DNA of 62,896 nucleotides. It comes from Bacteroidia bacterium (GTDB taxonomy: Bacteria; Bacteroidota; Bacteroidia; UKL13-3). Numbering within the stretch: position 1 is the first letter of the stretch; each line of letters opens with the position of its first letter. Both the position numbers and the translations under genes were made by a program. Below the pieces are notes generated by a model, which saw only the letters and a list, made by a program, of their open reading frames with translations, was not told the DNA's origin and ran no database searches. Below, piece by piece: positions 9,726 to 18,225 of the stretch. The stretch lies in contig JAUCCO010000003.1 in NCBI GenBank assembly GCA_034676125.1, positions 1 through 62,896 on the forward strand, in the 5' to 3' direction.

Positions 9726-11759
9726 ATGAAAAAATACATCTCATTGCTAATCGTGTTTTTTGCGCTAATCATGCATGTTAAAGCCCAAAAAACATGCATG
9801 GAAGCAAACTACCAATACAACAACAATAACCTAAAAATTAGGTGGATTTTAAGTGATTATATTTCGTGGAAAACTGCTATAAAAAATGGTATTCAAATTG
9901 AAAAAGTAACTTTAAATAATGATTTGAATATTGCAGAAACTAAAACAATTTTTAATGCACTTAAACCTGCAACCCTTGATGACCTAAAAAAGCAGTTTGA
10001 TAAAAATAATAGTTACGCGGGTATTGCCGCTCAAATGCTTTATGGAAAATCTACAGTGGTGGATGATGGTAATTTTGGTACGTTTTTAAAGCACAAAAAA
10101 AACGAACAAGAGTTAAAACATAGTATTGCTATGTATAGCGCTGCCTTAGATTTTAATGTGGCAAAAGCAATTGCATTGGGTTATGAAGAGGAAGTACAGC
10201 CAAATAAAAACTATATTTATAAGTTAGTAATTAATGGTGCTACTTGCGATACGTTTTATTTATTGGTAAATACATTTGAGGTTACTCCAGAAACAAAGAT
10301 TTCGGCTACACTAAATGCCACTCCATCAGAAAAATCTGTAATATTAAATTGGAATGCAACACAAGATGATATTATCGGTTATTACCTAGAAAAAAGCCCT
10401 GCTAATTCGGATAAATTTACAAGAATTAACCAGCAACCTTTTGTACTTATTGAAAACAAATACAATAAAGAAACCTTACAGCATATTGATTCGGTCGAAA
10501 AAAATTATCAACCTTATCAATACCGGTTAATTGGTGTTAATGCTTATGGCGAAGAAACTAAACCATCACCAATAATAGTGGCAATGGGTAAAGATGTTAC
10601 CGCGCCAGGCCAACCAAGTATTACTAAAATAGATGTTAAAGCCAATGAAATGTTGATTGTGCATTGGAAACAAAATGCAAAAGAAAAGGATTTAATAGGG
10701 TTTAATGTATTACGTGCACCTAATATCGATGGACCATTTATTAAACAAAACAGCACTTTAATTAAAATAACCGAAACTATTTATTATGATTTAAAACCCA
10801 ATATTGGTGGCAATAACTTTTATATAATTGAGGCTATAGATACAGCAGGAAACACAAGTAATTCGTTACCAAGGCAAGGAATTATGACCGATACAATTGC
10901 ACCACATTGCCCTACAATAATTAGTCAAACAAAAATTTCAGATGGCTTGGTTGTGCTTAATTGGCAAAAACCAACAGCGTTAGATGTAATGGGATATAGG
11001 GTATATTTTTCTAACAGTAATACGCATGTATTTTCAATGGCATCAAAAAGCATCTTATATGATACGGTATTTTATGATAACTTAAATATAAATACCTTAA
11101 CAACTAAAGCATATTATAAAGTGCAAGCTTTAGATTTTAGCTACAACGAATCGAAGAATTGCCCGAGCATAGAAATTATAAGAAAAGATACCATAAAACC
11201 AGAAAACGCATTGTTAACACAAGTATCAATTGTTGATAATGGATTTAAGGTGGAATGGATTCCATCAACCAGTAAAGATGCGGATAAAGTATTAGTAAAA
11301 AGACGAAATAAAACATTAAATAAGTGGGAAACTATATATACCGGCAACAACTTTACCGATTCGCTTTTTATTGATAATAATATAACATTTAACCAACGAA
11401 ACGAATATGCAATTTGCACCATCGATTTAAGCGGCAACTCCACTCCCCTTTCAAAACCTTTTGCAGTAATTAATAAAAAAAGCATTCAAATGAAAGGTAC
11501 ATCAAACCTAAAAATAACCAATATTAATGGCCAATATAAACTTACATGGGATAGGATTTTAGCAGAAGATGAATGGTTTATTATTTACCAAACAACAGAT
11601 AATGGCCAAACAGCTAATGTTATTGACAAACAGCTGCTAAACGAATTTATCTTACCCAAAAGATTTTGTTCCGATAGCTATAGTTTTGGCGTATCGGTAA
11701 TTAACAAAAACGGCAAACAAAGTAAAATTGATAATTGGGTAACCATAAAAACAGAATAG
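9726..11759 (+). CDS. Exported fibronectin type III repeat protein
   Basis: Signal peptide ending VKA-Q. Tandem Fn3 signatures: VILNW...YYLEK...YQYRLIGVN...S; PGQP...IVHW...GFNVLR; LNWQKP...GYRVY...YYKVQALD; KVEWIPS. Starts 4 bp after the giant gene. Confidence 0.8.
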   Translation: MKKYISLLIVFFALIMHVKAQKTCMEANYQYNNNNLKIRWILSDYISWKTAIKNGIQIEKVTLNNDLNIAETKTIFNALKPATLDDLKKQFDKNNSYAGIAAQMLYGKSTVVDDGNFGTFLKHKKNEQELKHSIAMYSAALDFNVAKAIALGYEEEVQPNKNYIYKLVINGATCDTFYLLVNTFEVTPETKISATLNATPSEKSVILNWNATQDDIIGYYLEKSPANSDKFTRINQQPFVLIENKYNKETLQHIDSVEKNYQPYQYRLIGVNAYGEETKPSPIIVAMGKDVTAPGQPSITKIDVKANEMLIVHWKQNAKEKDLIGFNVLRAPNIDGPFIKQNSTLIKITETIYYDLKPNIGGNNFYIIEAIDTAGNTSNSLPRQGIMTDTIAPHCPTIISQTKISDGLVVLNWQKPTALDVMGYRVYFSNSNTHVFSMASKSILYDTVFYDNLNINTLTTKAYYKVQALDFSYNESKNCPSIEIIRKDTIKPENALLTQVSIVDNGFKVEWIPSTSKDADKVLVKRRNKTLNKWETIYTGNNFTDSLFIDNNITFNQRNEYAICTIDLSGNSTPLSKPFAVINKKSIQMKGTSNLKITNINGQYKLTWDRILAEDEWFIIYQTTDNGQTANVIDKQLLNEFILPKRFCSDSYSFGVSVINKNGKQSKIDNWVTIKTE

Positions 11760-11841
11760 GTGGAATAAAACAAATCAAAAACAGGGCTATTATGCTGGCT
11801 CAAATATCTTTATTAAATTCACCCACAATTTAATAGAGATA

Positions 11842-12576
11842 ATGAACATTTTTGACCTCATAATAAACGATAAAGAACCTGTTACTTTAAGTGATGTGAT
11901 TTTAAGCGACATTAATAAAAACAGCATCGAGCAGCTAATTAAAGAACATAAATACGTTGACGAACTAAGCCAATATGGTTTGCCAGTAAATAATAAAATT
12001 TTATTACATGGCAACTCGGGCTGCGGCAAAACTACTACTGCTAAAGCCATTGCCAATGCTATTAACAAACCTATTTTAACCTTAAATTTAAGCAATGTGG
12101 TTTGCTCGCGAATAGGCGAAACTGCACAAAACATGAAACAAGTTTTTGAAAAAGCTGGAAGAGAAAAAGCAGTATTATTTTTAGATGAGTTTGACCAAAT
12201 AGGCAAAACCCGAGGCAATGATGAAAACGATGTAGGAGAAATGCGTAGGTTAGTAAATACCATCATACAATTGATAGATTATTTCCCTAAACTTGCCATG
12301 TTAATTTGTGCCACCAATCATAAAGAAATTATTGATACTGCTTTGCTCAGGCGCTTTCAGTTAAGCATTAGTTTTGAAATGCCAGTGGATGCCGTTTTGG
12401 ATAAATATTATACTAATTTATTAAGCGTATTTCCTCAAAAAATGCAAAATATTACACGCAAATATGGCATTTCGTTTGCCGAAGCAAAAGACTATACTTA
12501 TACAACTGTAAAAAAACAATTGATTGAAGAGTTAGAAAAAAAAGCGGGTATTGCCTTAACCACACCTAATCAATAA
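11842..12576 (+). CDS. AAA+ family ATPase (single domain)
   Basis: Walker A GNSGCGKT, Walker B LFLDEFD, sensor ATN and arginine finger ALLRRF. Confidence 0.9.
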   Translation: MNIFDLIINDKEPVTLSDVILSDINKNSIEQLIKEHKYVDELSQYGLPVNNKILLHGNSGCGKTTTAKAIANAINKPILTLNLSNVVCSRIGETAQNMKQVFEKAGREKAVLFLDEFDQIGKTRGNDENDVGEMRRLVNTIIQLIDYFPKLAMLICATNHKEIIDTALLRRFQLSISFEMPVDAVLDKYYTNLLSVFPQKMQNITRKYGISFAEAKDYTYTTVKKQLIEELEKKAGIALTTPNQ

Positions 12577-12581
12577 AACCC

Positions 12582-13151
12582 ATGGCTAAAAAAGAAAAAA
12601 AAGAATTAATGCCTGATGAAGTAGAAGCACTAATGGCAACATTAGAAACGCGCTTTACTAAAAACATGAACAGACATAAAGGTTTATCGTGGGATAAAGT
12701 TGAAGCAAAATTATTTGCAAATCCTGAAAAATTATGGGCTTTAAACGAAATGGAGAAAACCCAAGGCGAACCTGATGTAGTTGGATACAACAGCAAAACA
12801 AACGAATTTACTTTTTATGATTGTGCTGCCGAAAGTCCGGCTGGCCGAAGAAGCATTTGTTATGATAGGGCTGGTTTAGAATCAAGAAAAGAGCATCAAC
12901 CCGCAAACACCGCAATTGATATGGCTGCTGAAATGGGTGTAGAACTTTTAACAGAAGAAGAATACAGGTCATTACAACAGCTTGGTAAGTTTGATGCTAA
13001 AACTTCGAGCTGGCTAAAAACACCCGAAAACATTAGAAAACTTGGTGGTGCTATTTTTGCAGATTTTAGATTTGGAACTGTGTTTGTTTACCACAATGGT
13101 GCACAATCTTACTATGGTGGCAGAGGATTTAGAGGCGTGTTAGTGGTTTAA
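12582..13151 (+). CDS. DUF4256 family protein
   Basis: Recognised motifs RFTKNMNRH, EMEKTQGEPD, ESPAGRRSICYD, SSWLKTP and YHNGAQSYY..RGFRG. Confidence 0.8.
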   Translation: MAKKEKKELMPDEVEALMATLETRFTKNMNRHKGLSWDKVEAKLFANPEKLWALNEMEKTQGEPDVVGYNSKTNEFTFYDCAAESPAGRRSICYDRAGLESRKEHQPANTAIDMAAEMGVELLTEEEYRSLQQLGKFDAKTSSWLKTPENIRKLGGAIFADFRFGTVFVYHNGAQSYYGGRGFRGVLVV

Positions 13152-13192
13152 TAATTCGCCACTAACACGCCACAAATCGTAACTAAATTTAG

Positions 13193-14638
13193 TTACAGTT
13201 TAATACAAACATTTTTGGTTTCAGTAAAAAAACGTAAGGCCTCTAAGCCGCCTTCGCGCCCTACTCCACTGCTTTTTACACCTCCAAAAGGCGTGCGTAA
13301 ATCACGTAACAACCAACAGTTAATCCATACAATTCCTGATTGAATATTGGCCGACATTTTATGTGCACGTGTTAAGTTTTCTGTCCAAATGGTAGCTGCC
13401 AAACCATACTCTGTAGAGTTGGCCATTTGTAACACTTCTTCTTCTGTATCAAAAGGTGTAATGGTAACTACCGGACCAAAAATTTCTTCTTGGTTGGTGC
13501 GGCAATCATAACTTAAACCTTCTATTATTGTGGGTGCAATAAACCATCCATTTGCGCAATCGCCATCAACCTTAACTACATTGCCTCCGCTTAGTATAGT
13601 TCCACCTTCTTGCTTGGCTAGTTCAATATAACTAAGCACTTTTTCGAAATGCATTTTACTTACAATGGCACCCGTTTTGGTTTTAGGGTTTAATGGATCA
13701 CCCACAATTAACTCTGCCTTAACTTTAGCTACAAAAGCTTTTTTAAACTGCTCATAAATTGGTCGCTCCACAAATATGCGCGAACCACATAAACATATTT
13801 CACCTTGGTTTAAAAAAGAAGAACGAACCGTTTCGTTTAGCATCTTATCAAAATCACAGTCAGCAAAAATAATATTGGGATTTTTTCCGCCTAACTCTAA
13901 CGATAATTTTTTAAACATTGGAGCAGCAACTCGGGCAATTTCGGCACCTGTTTTTGTGCCTCCTGTAAAACTAATTACCTTAATTTTAGGGTGAGCAGTA
14001 AGTGCACTTCCTACCTTTGTGCCCAATCCGTGAACGATATTTAAAACACCGGCAGGCAAACCTGCTTCTATACAGATTTCGCTTAACAAGAAAGCCGTGT
14101 AAGGTGTGATTTCACTTGGTTTTGCTACCACACAATTACCAGCAGCAATAGCAGGTGCAATTTTCCATGTAAATAAATATAAGGGCAAATTCCAAGGAGA
14201 AATACAAGCCACAACACCAATTGGGGTGCGCAAAGTATAATTTATAGCATGGTTGCCCATTGGATGTGCTTCGCTAGAAAAATGCTCGATAGCAGTGGCA
14301 AAAAAGCTAATATTACTAATGGCCCTTGGCATTTCGCCATTTTTTGATAACCACAATGGTTTACCTTGGTCGATGGTTTCGGCTAAAGCAAACTTGTCGA
14401 TATCACGTTGCAATAAATCAGCAATGCGTAACATTATTTTACTTCGTTTTTCGGTTGGTGTATTGCTCCAACCTTCAAAAGCTGCATTGGCAGCTTGCCA
14501 GGCCAACTCCACATCACGTTCATCACTATCCGGACAAAGGCTATAAACTGCTCCTGTTGATGGATTATAGTTATCTATATATTGGTTTGATATGGGTTGA
14601 ATTAAAGCTCCGTTGATGTAATTTGCTATTTTTTGCAT
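13193..14638 (-). CDS. Aldehyde dehydrogenase, 2-aminomuconate-semialdehyde dehydrogenase (ALDH8A1-like) subfamily
   Basis: ISPWNLPLYLFTWKIAPA, FTGG, LELGGKNP (catalytic Glu), GEICLCGSR (catalytic Cys) and EEIFGPV. Confidence 0.85.
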   Translation of the reverse strand: MQKIANYINGALIQPISNQYIDNYNPSTGAVYSLCPDSDERDVELAWQAANAAFEGWSNTPTEKRSKIMLRIADLLQRDIDKFALAETIDQGKPLWLSKNGEMPRAISNISFFATAIEHFSSEAHPMGNHAINYTLRTPIGVVACISPWNLPLYLFTWKIAPAIAAGNCVVAKPSEITPYTAFLLSEICIEAGLPAGVLNIVHGLGTKVGSALTAHPKIKVISFTGGTKTGAEIARVAAPMFKKLSLELGGKNPNIIFADCDFDKMLNETVRSSFLNQGEICLCGSRIFVERPIYEQFKKAFVAKVKAELIVGDPLNPKTKTGAIVSKMHFEKVLSYIELAKQEGGTILSGGNVVKVDGDCANGWFIAPTIIEGLSYDCRTNQEEIFGPVVTITPFDTEEEVLQMANSTEYGLAATIWTENLTRAHKMSANIQSGIVWINCWLLRDLRTPFGGVKSSGVGREGGLEALRFFTETKNVCIKL

Positions 14639-14806
14639 GGTGCGAAGATATGTTTTGTGATGGAAATTTGGAATGGGGTATTGATTGATTAAAACTTTTT
14701 CAAACCCAAAAAATCGGAATTGTACCTCACCGACTCACACTTTAACTTATTGTTGTTTATTACTTTAGTACCACTCAAGCACTACTCATAAACCAAGCAT
14801 CAGCTT

Positions 14807-14882
14807 GTTTAATCTTAAATCAATCAAACCTGATTGAATGATTCTTGGTGCGGTGAATATCCACGAATGGTGTAAAATCAGA
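14807..14882. repeat. Dispersed repeat family 2, partial copy downstream of the Fic gene
   Basis: Ungapped match to 16806-16881 at 60/76 identity by hand count (33/35 in the first part). Contains the hairpin TCAATCA-aacc-TGATTGA. Confidence 0.85.
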
Positions 14883-14900
14883 TGGTTTTATCTAAATAAA

Positions 14901-16466
14901 TCAGTTCTGAAAAATAGTTTTATATACATTTTCTATCTGCTCCATTTCTTTAGCATTAAGCTTTCTAAATTCCTTTTCCCGTGCTCGTTTAGATAACACA
15001 CCTTGATTTTGTTCTAGGAAGTTTACAAGAATTGAAATTAGGTTATCAGGCATTTCAAATTCTTCGTCTAAGAATTTTTTAAATTCATCATAATGTGCCA
15101 AATATTTTATTTCATTCGGTATAATGTTTTCAATGGTATCTTTTACACAGTCAAATAAAAACTCTGCTTGTTTTGTTGCATCAAAAAAGCGGTAATAATC
15201 TTTAGTTTGATTGGTTACAGCTATATTATGATCTGGCGTTTCTTCCCACTCAATAAAATTTAATAAAGGCTTTGAATATGATTCTAAAATTAATCTATAA
15301 TCAATAATATGGTTTAAAATAGATGATGAAATAGGAAAGATGATGCCTTGGTCTGAAAATTTCTTTTTTGCTAATATATGATGAATAATATAGCGGTGAA
15401 TTCTTCCATTACCATCTTCAAATGGGTGTATAAATACAAATCCAAATGCAATAACTGCTGCTGCAAGTACTGCATTAAATTCATCCTTTATTAATATTTG
15501 ATTTGCATCAATTAATCCCACCATTAGTTCTTGTATATCTTCGGGTTTTGCCGAAATATGTTCAGGAATAGGCTCTCCCGAATTTCGACCATGCTCACCT
15601 ACAAATCCACCTTTGGTTCTGAAGCTCATTTGAATAAAGCGACTATTTTCAATAACCAACTGCTGTAAACGTATTAACTCCGATTTAGTTAAATCATTAA
15701 TTCCTGCTTGACTAATTGCTACACCCCATCTTGCAGCTCGCTTACTTTTGGGACTTTCTCCTTCTATTGTAAATGATGCTTTAGAATCTTTGAGAAGTAA
15801 AAATGCGGAAGCCCGTTGAATGATATCTTTTCTAATTCCTGCAATTTGTTTTTTATTTATATCAACATAGTTGCAAGATAAGTGCTGTTCTATTTTCTTT
15901 GTTTTAGAGACCAATGCACAAAATTGATTTGTTCCAGGCAAGTTGTTTATTACTAAATGCCTAGGCGACTTAAAGCCTTTTACAGCAAACTGTAATTTTT
16001 CATCAATAACCGTAACATAACTTTTCTTGGAGATATCGCTTTTCCCCTTAATTTGTTTTCCCGAAACCCATTCAAGCAAAAACCAAATTCGTCTGGAATA
16101 TTGTCCCAATGGTTCAATATTCACTAATTCTAAAATTTCTTTATTACTTAATACTTCATTTAATTTTGCAAACACTAAAAGATTTACCCCTTCATATTTA
16201 AGGGCAAAAACGAGGTGGTTATAAAGCGCTTCAATTTTTGATTTTTTTTTAGTATCTAAGGGAAGGTACTTATATGGAAATACTTTCCAAGTGCTTGTTT
16301 CAAGTCTTTGGTTCTTCTCAGAAACCATTGTCTTGACTGAAGGATTCGGGATTTGTAAGTCTAGCTTAACTATTATTGCAACATATCCTACTATCCATCC
16401 CTGATAGGTTTTTTCTTCCCAATGAATTATGGGCGCATTGTCAGAAAAATAAGCGCTATTAACCAT
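14901..16466 (-). CDS. Fic family protein (putative AMPylase, class II with internal inhibitory helix)
   Basis: Canonical Fic motif HPFEDGNGRIHR. The upstream SFTIEG matches the (S/T)xxxE(G/N) inhibitory motif. Confidence 0.92.
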   Translation of the reverse strand: MVNSAYFSDNAPIIHWEEKTYQGWIVGYVAIIVKLDLQIPNPSVKTMVSEKNQRLETSTWKVFPYKYLPLDTKKKSKIEALYNHLVFALKYEGVNLLVFAKLNEVLSNKEILELVNIEPLGQYSRRIWFLLEWVSGKQIKGKSDISKKSYVTVIDEKLQFAVKGFKSPRHLVINNLPGTNQFCALVSKTKKIEQHLSCNYVDINKKQIAGIRKDIIQRASAFLLLKDSKASFTIEGESPKSKRAARWGVAISQAGINDLTKSELIRLQQLVIENSRFIQMSFRTKGGFVGEHGRNSGEPIPEHISAKPEDIQELMVGLIDANQILIKDEFNAVLAAAVIAFGFVFIHPFEDGNGRIHRYIIHHILAKKKFSDQGIIFPISSSILNHIIDYRLILESYSKPLLNFIEWEETPDHNIAVTNQTKDYYRFFDATKQAEFLFDCVKDTIENIIPNEIKYLAHYDEFKKFLDEEFEMPDNLISILVNFLEQNQGVLSKRAREKEFRKLNAKEMEQIENVYKTIFQN

Positions 16467-16560
16467 GCTTTACGATTTATAGGCGCAATTTACCAGAAAA
16501 ATAGGCGCAAAACAAGAAAACTAGGCGCAAAATTTTAATAATTAAGAAATATAGGCGCAA
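16430..16560. repeat. Array of TAGGCGCAA direct repeats spanning the Fic start
   Basis: Exact copies at 16480, 16502, 16522 and 16552; degenerate copies at 16430 (TGGGCGCAT) and 16450 (TAAGCGCTA). Confidence 0.85.
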
Positions 16561-16577
16561 CCAAAGGTCCTTTTATA

Positions 16578-16702
16578 CCGAAAGCACATTTAATATAGTC
16601 CAATTTCGGCTCGAGCCTCATTGACCTATTTTCATGTAGCATCGGCATTACCATTGTAAAATTATTTTTTAGTTTAGACTAAAAAATAATTACAATTGGT
16701 AT
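16578..16702 (-). repeat. Dispersed repeat family 1, copy A (125 bp, hairpin-containing)
   Basis: Reverse complement matches 27499-27623 without gaps at 116/125 by hand count. Contains a 14-bp perfect stem AATTATTTTTTAGT/ACTAAAAAATAATT. Confidence 0.9.
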
Positions 16703-16784
16703 TACAACCCAATTGCTCGGGTATTTACTTGTTGCGTAAAAATATTATTTGTCGTATAGAGTCCTTCAAACATGGTTCATCATT

Positions 16785-16995
16785 CAAGCATTGAGTTTGT
16801 TTGATGTTTAATCTTGAATCAATCAAATCTGATTGAATGACTCAACATGCGATGGGCGTCTACAAATGGTGTGAAATCTGACTGATTCGTTCCGAAGCTT
16901 CGGAACCAGGGGCGGTTGGCTTGTGCGAGGAATCAGACCGGATTTGGCATTCGTGGTGGGCTTTTTGGTTACTTTTTACCCAAATAAAAAGTGAC
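16785..16995. repeat. Dispersed repeat family 2, longer multi-hairpin copy
   Basis: Contains the 76-bp segment shared with 14807-14882, a perfect 18-bp palindrome GTTCCGAAGCTTCGGAAC (16889-16906) and an 11-bp stem GTTACTTTTTA/TAAAAAGTGAC (16968-16995). Boundaries are approximate. Confidence 0.7.
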
Positions 16996-17038
16996 AAATG
17001 AAAATAAAAGCGAGTACAAGGGACGTGAAGGTTTCAGA

Positions 17039-17965
17039 TTATCTATTTAATCTATTATTAAGAATGTTGTCTAGACTCTTATAATATGTATTCTTTTTGT
17101 ATTTATCATCAGGTCTGAAATACGACTTAGTGATGTGGCTAATTGTTCTGTCGCTATTAAAATGCAATGTGATTAATTTCATAATGCTATAATCTTTACT
17201 TTTATCAACAATCCTGTATTCATCTCTTGAAAGTCTTGTTACGAACTGAACCATTGAATCGTTTGAAATGAATAGTTTTTTGCAGTTTTTATTAATACCT
17301 CTAGTATTAGAAGTAATATCATAATCAAGGATGGAATACATGATGTTAAATACAGAAGATTTTTTCGTGAATGTATTGTATGTCCTATTTGATGGGAAAA
17401 ATAGTTTATTATATCCCTTTTTATTAAAAAACATATACAAGAATGCAATGTCAACAATTGTTAATTCAGGTTCTTTAAGAACTAAACCATTTATTTCATT
17501 GACTGATTTTGGAATAAGCACATTACAGCTATCATCTAATAGTGCTATTACTGCAAAGTAACTATGGTCAATATACTGAGTACGCTTATCGTAAATTTCG
17601 ATTTTCTTGTGTGATTTTAATGTGGTGATAGAGGTTGTATTATAACGAATGAATGGAATAAGTTTTTCTAATTTTGTTGTTTCTAGGACTGTTGCCATTA
17701 AAACACGAAATCTAATTAATATCCTTACATGACAAGTTGAATCATAGTCAGGCATTGCTCTGGTCTCCTTAGCATTATTAAGGCTGTCAAAATTAATATG
17801 GGCATTTATCCTTTTTAAGGAATTGCCTCTTATGTTTAACTCTGGCCTATATTGTAGAGGTTCTATAAATTTAATTTCAAATTTATTTGTGTCACCTATT
17901 TGACCATAAACGGCAAAAGTTAATAAAGAATAAAAAATGAATACTATACTTTTCAAATTGTCCAT
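17039..17965 (-). CDS. Hypothetical exported protein
   Basis: 308-aa ORF with a signal peptide ending VYG-Q; no recognised domain. Confidence 0.7.
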   Translation of the reverse strand: MDNLKSIVFIFYSLLTFAVYGQIGDTNKFEIKFIEPLQYRPELNIRGNSLKRINAHINFDSLNNAKETRAMPDYDSTCHVRILIRFRVLMATVLETTKLEKLIPFIRYNTTSITTLKSHKKIEIYDKRTQYIDHSYFAVIALLDDSCNVLIPKSVNEINGLVLKEPELTIVDIAFLYMFFNKKGYNKLFFPSNRTYNTFTKKSSVFNIMYSILDYDITSNTRGINKNCKKLFISNDSMVQFVTRLSRDEYRIVDKSKDYSIMKLITLHFNSDRTISHITKSYFRPDDKYKKNTYYKSLDNILNNRLNR

Positions 17966-18184
17966 TTAATTTATTGTTTGTAAAGGTTCAACTTTCACTG
18001 CCGTGTTAATTCCTTTTGTGGCTATTTGATAATCCAAACTTACAAAAAAGCCTTTATTTTTTTTTGCAAGGAAAAGGTTAATTGCTTACCAAGCCCAACG
18101 AAAATACAACTGCACTTACTTGTTACGCAAAAATGTTACCTACAGTATTGCGTTTTTCAAACATTACTCGAATTATCATTGCAT

Positions 18185-18209
18185 AAAAAAAGCGGCCGAA
18201 GCCGCTTTT
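18185..18209 (-). terminator. Intrinsic terminator after efp
   Basis: Stem AGCGGC-cgaa-GCCGCT flanked by A and T tracts. Confidence 0.8.
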
Positions 18210-18225
18210 AAATATTGTGTTTAAA

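Noticed and set aside
12582-13151. DUF4256 as a diversity-generating retroelement target (CLec-like GFR terminus)
   Set aside because: No reverse transcriptase and no template repeat with adenine-specific differences was seen in the window.
16480-16560. Short direct repeats as a CRISPR array
   Set aside because: Repeats are only 9 bp with 11-21 bp gaps, and no cas genes are present.
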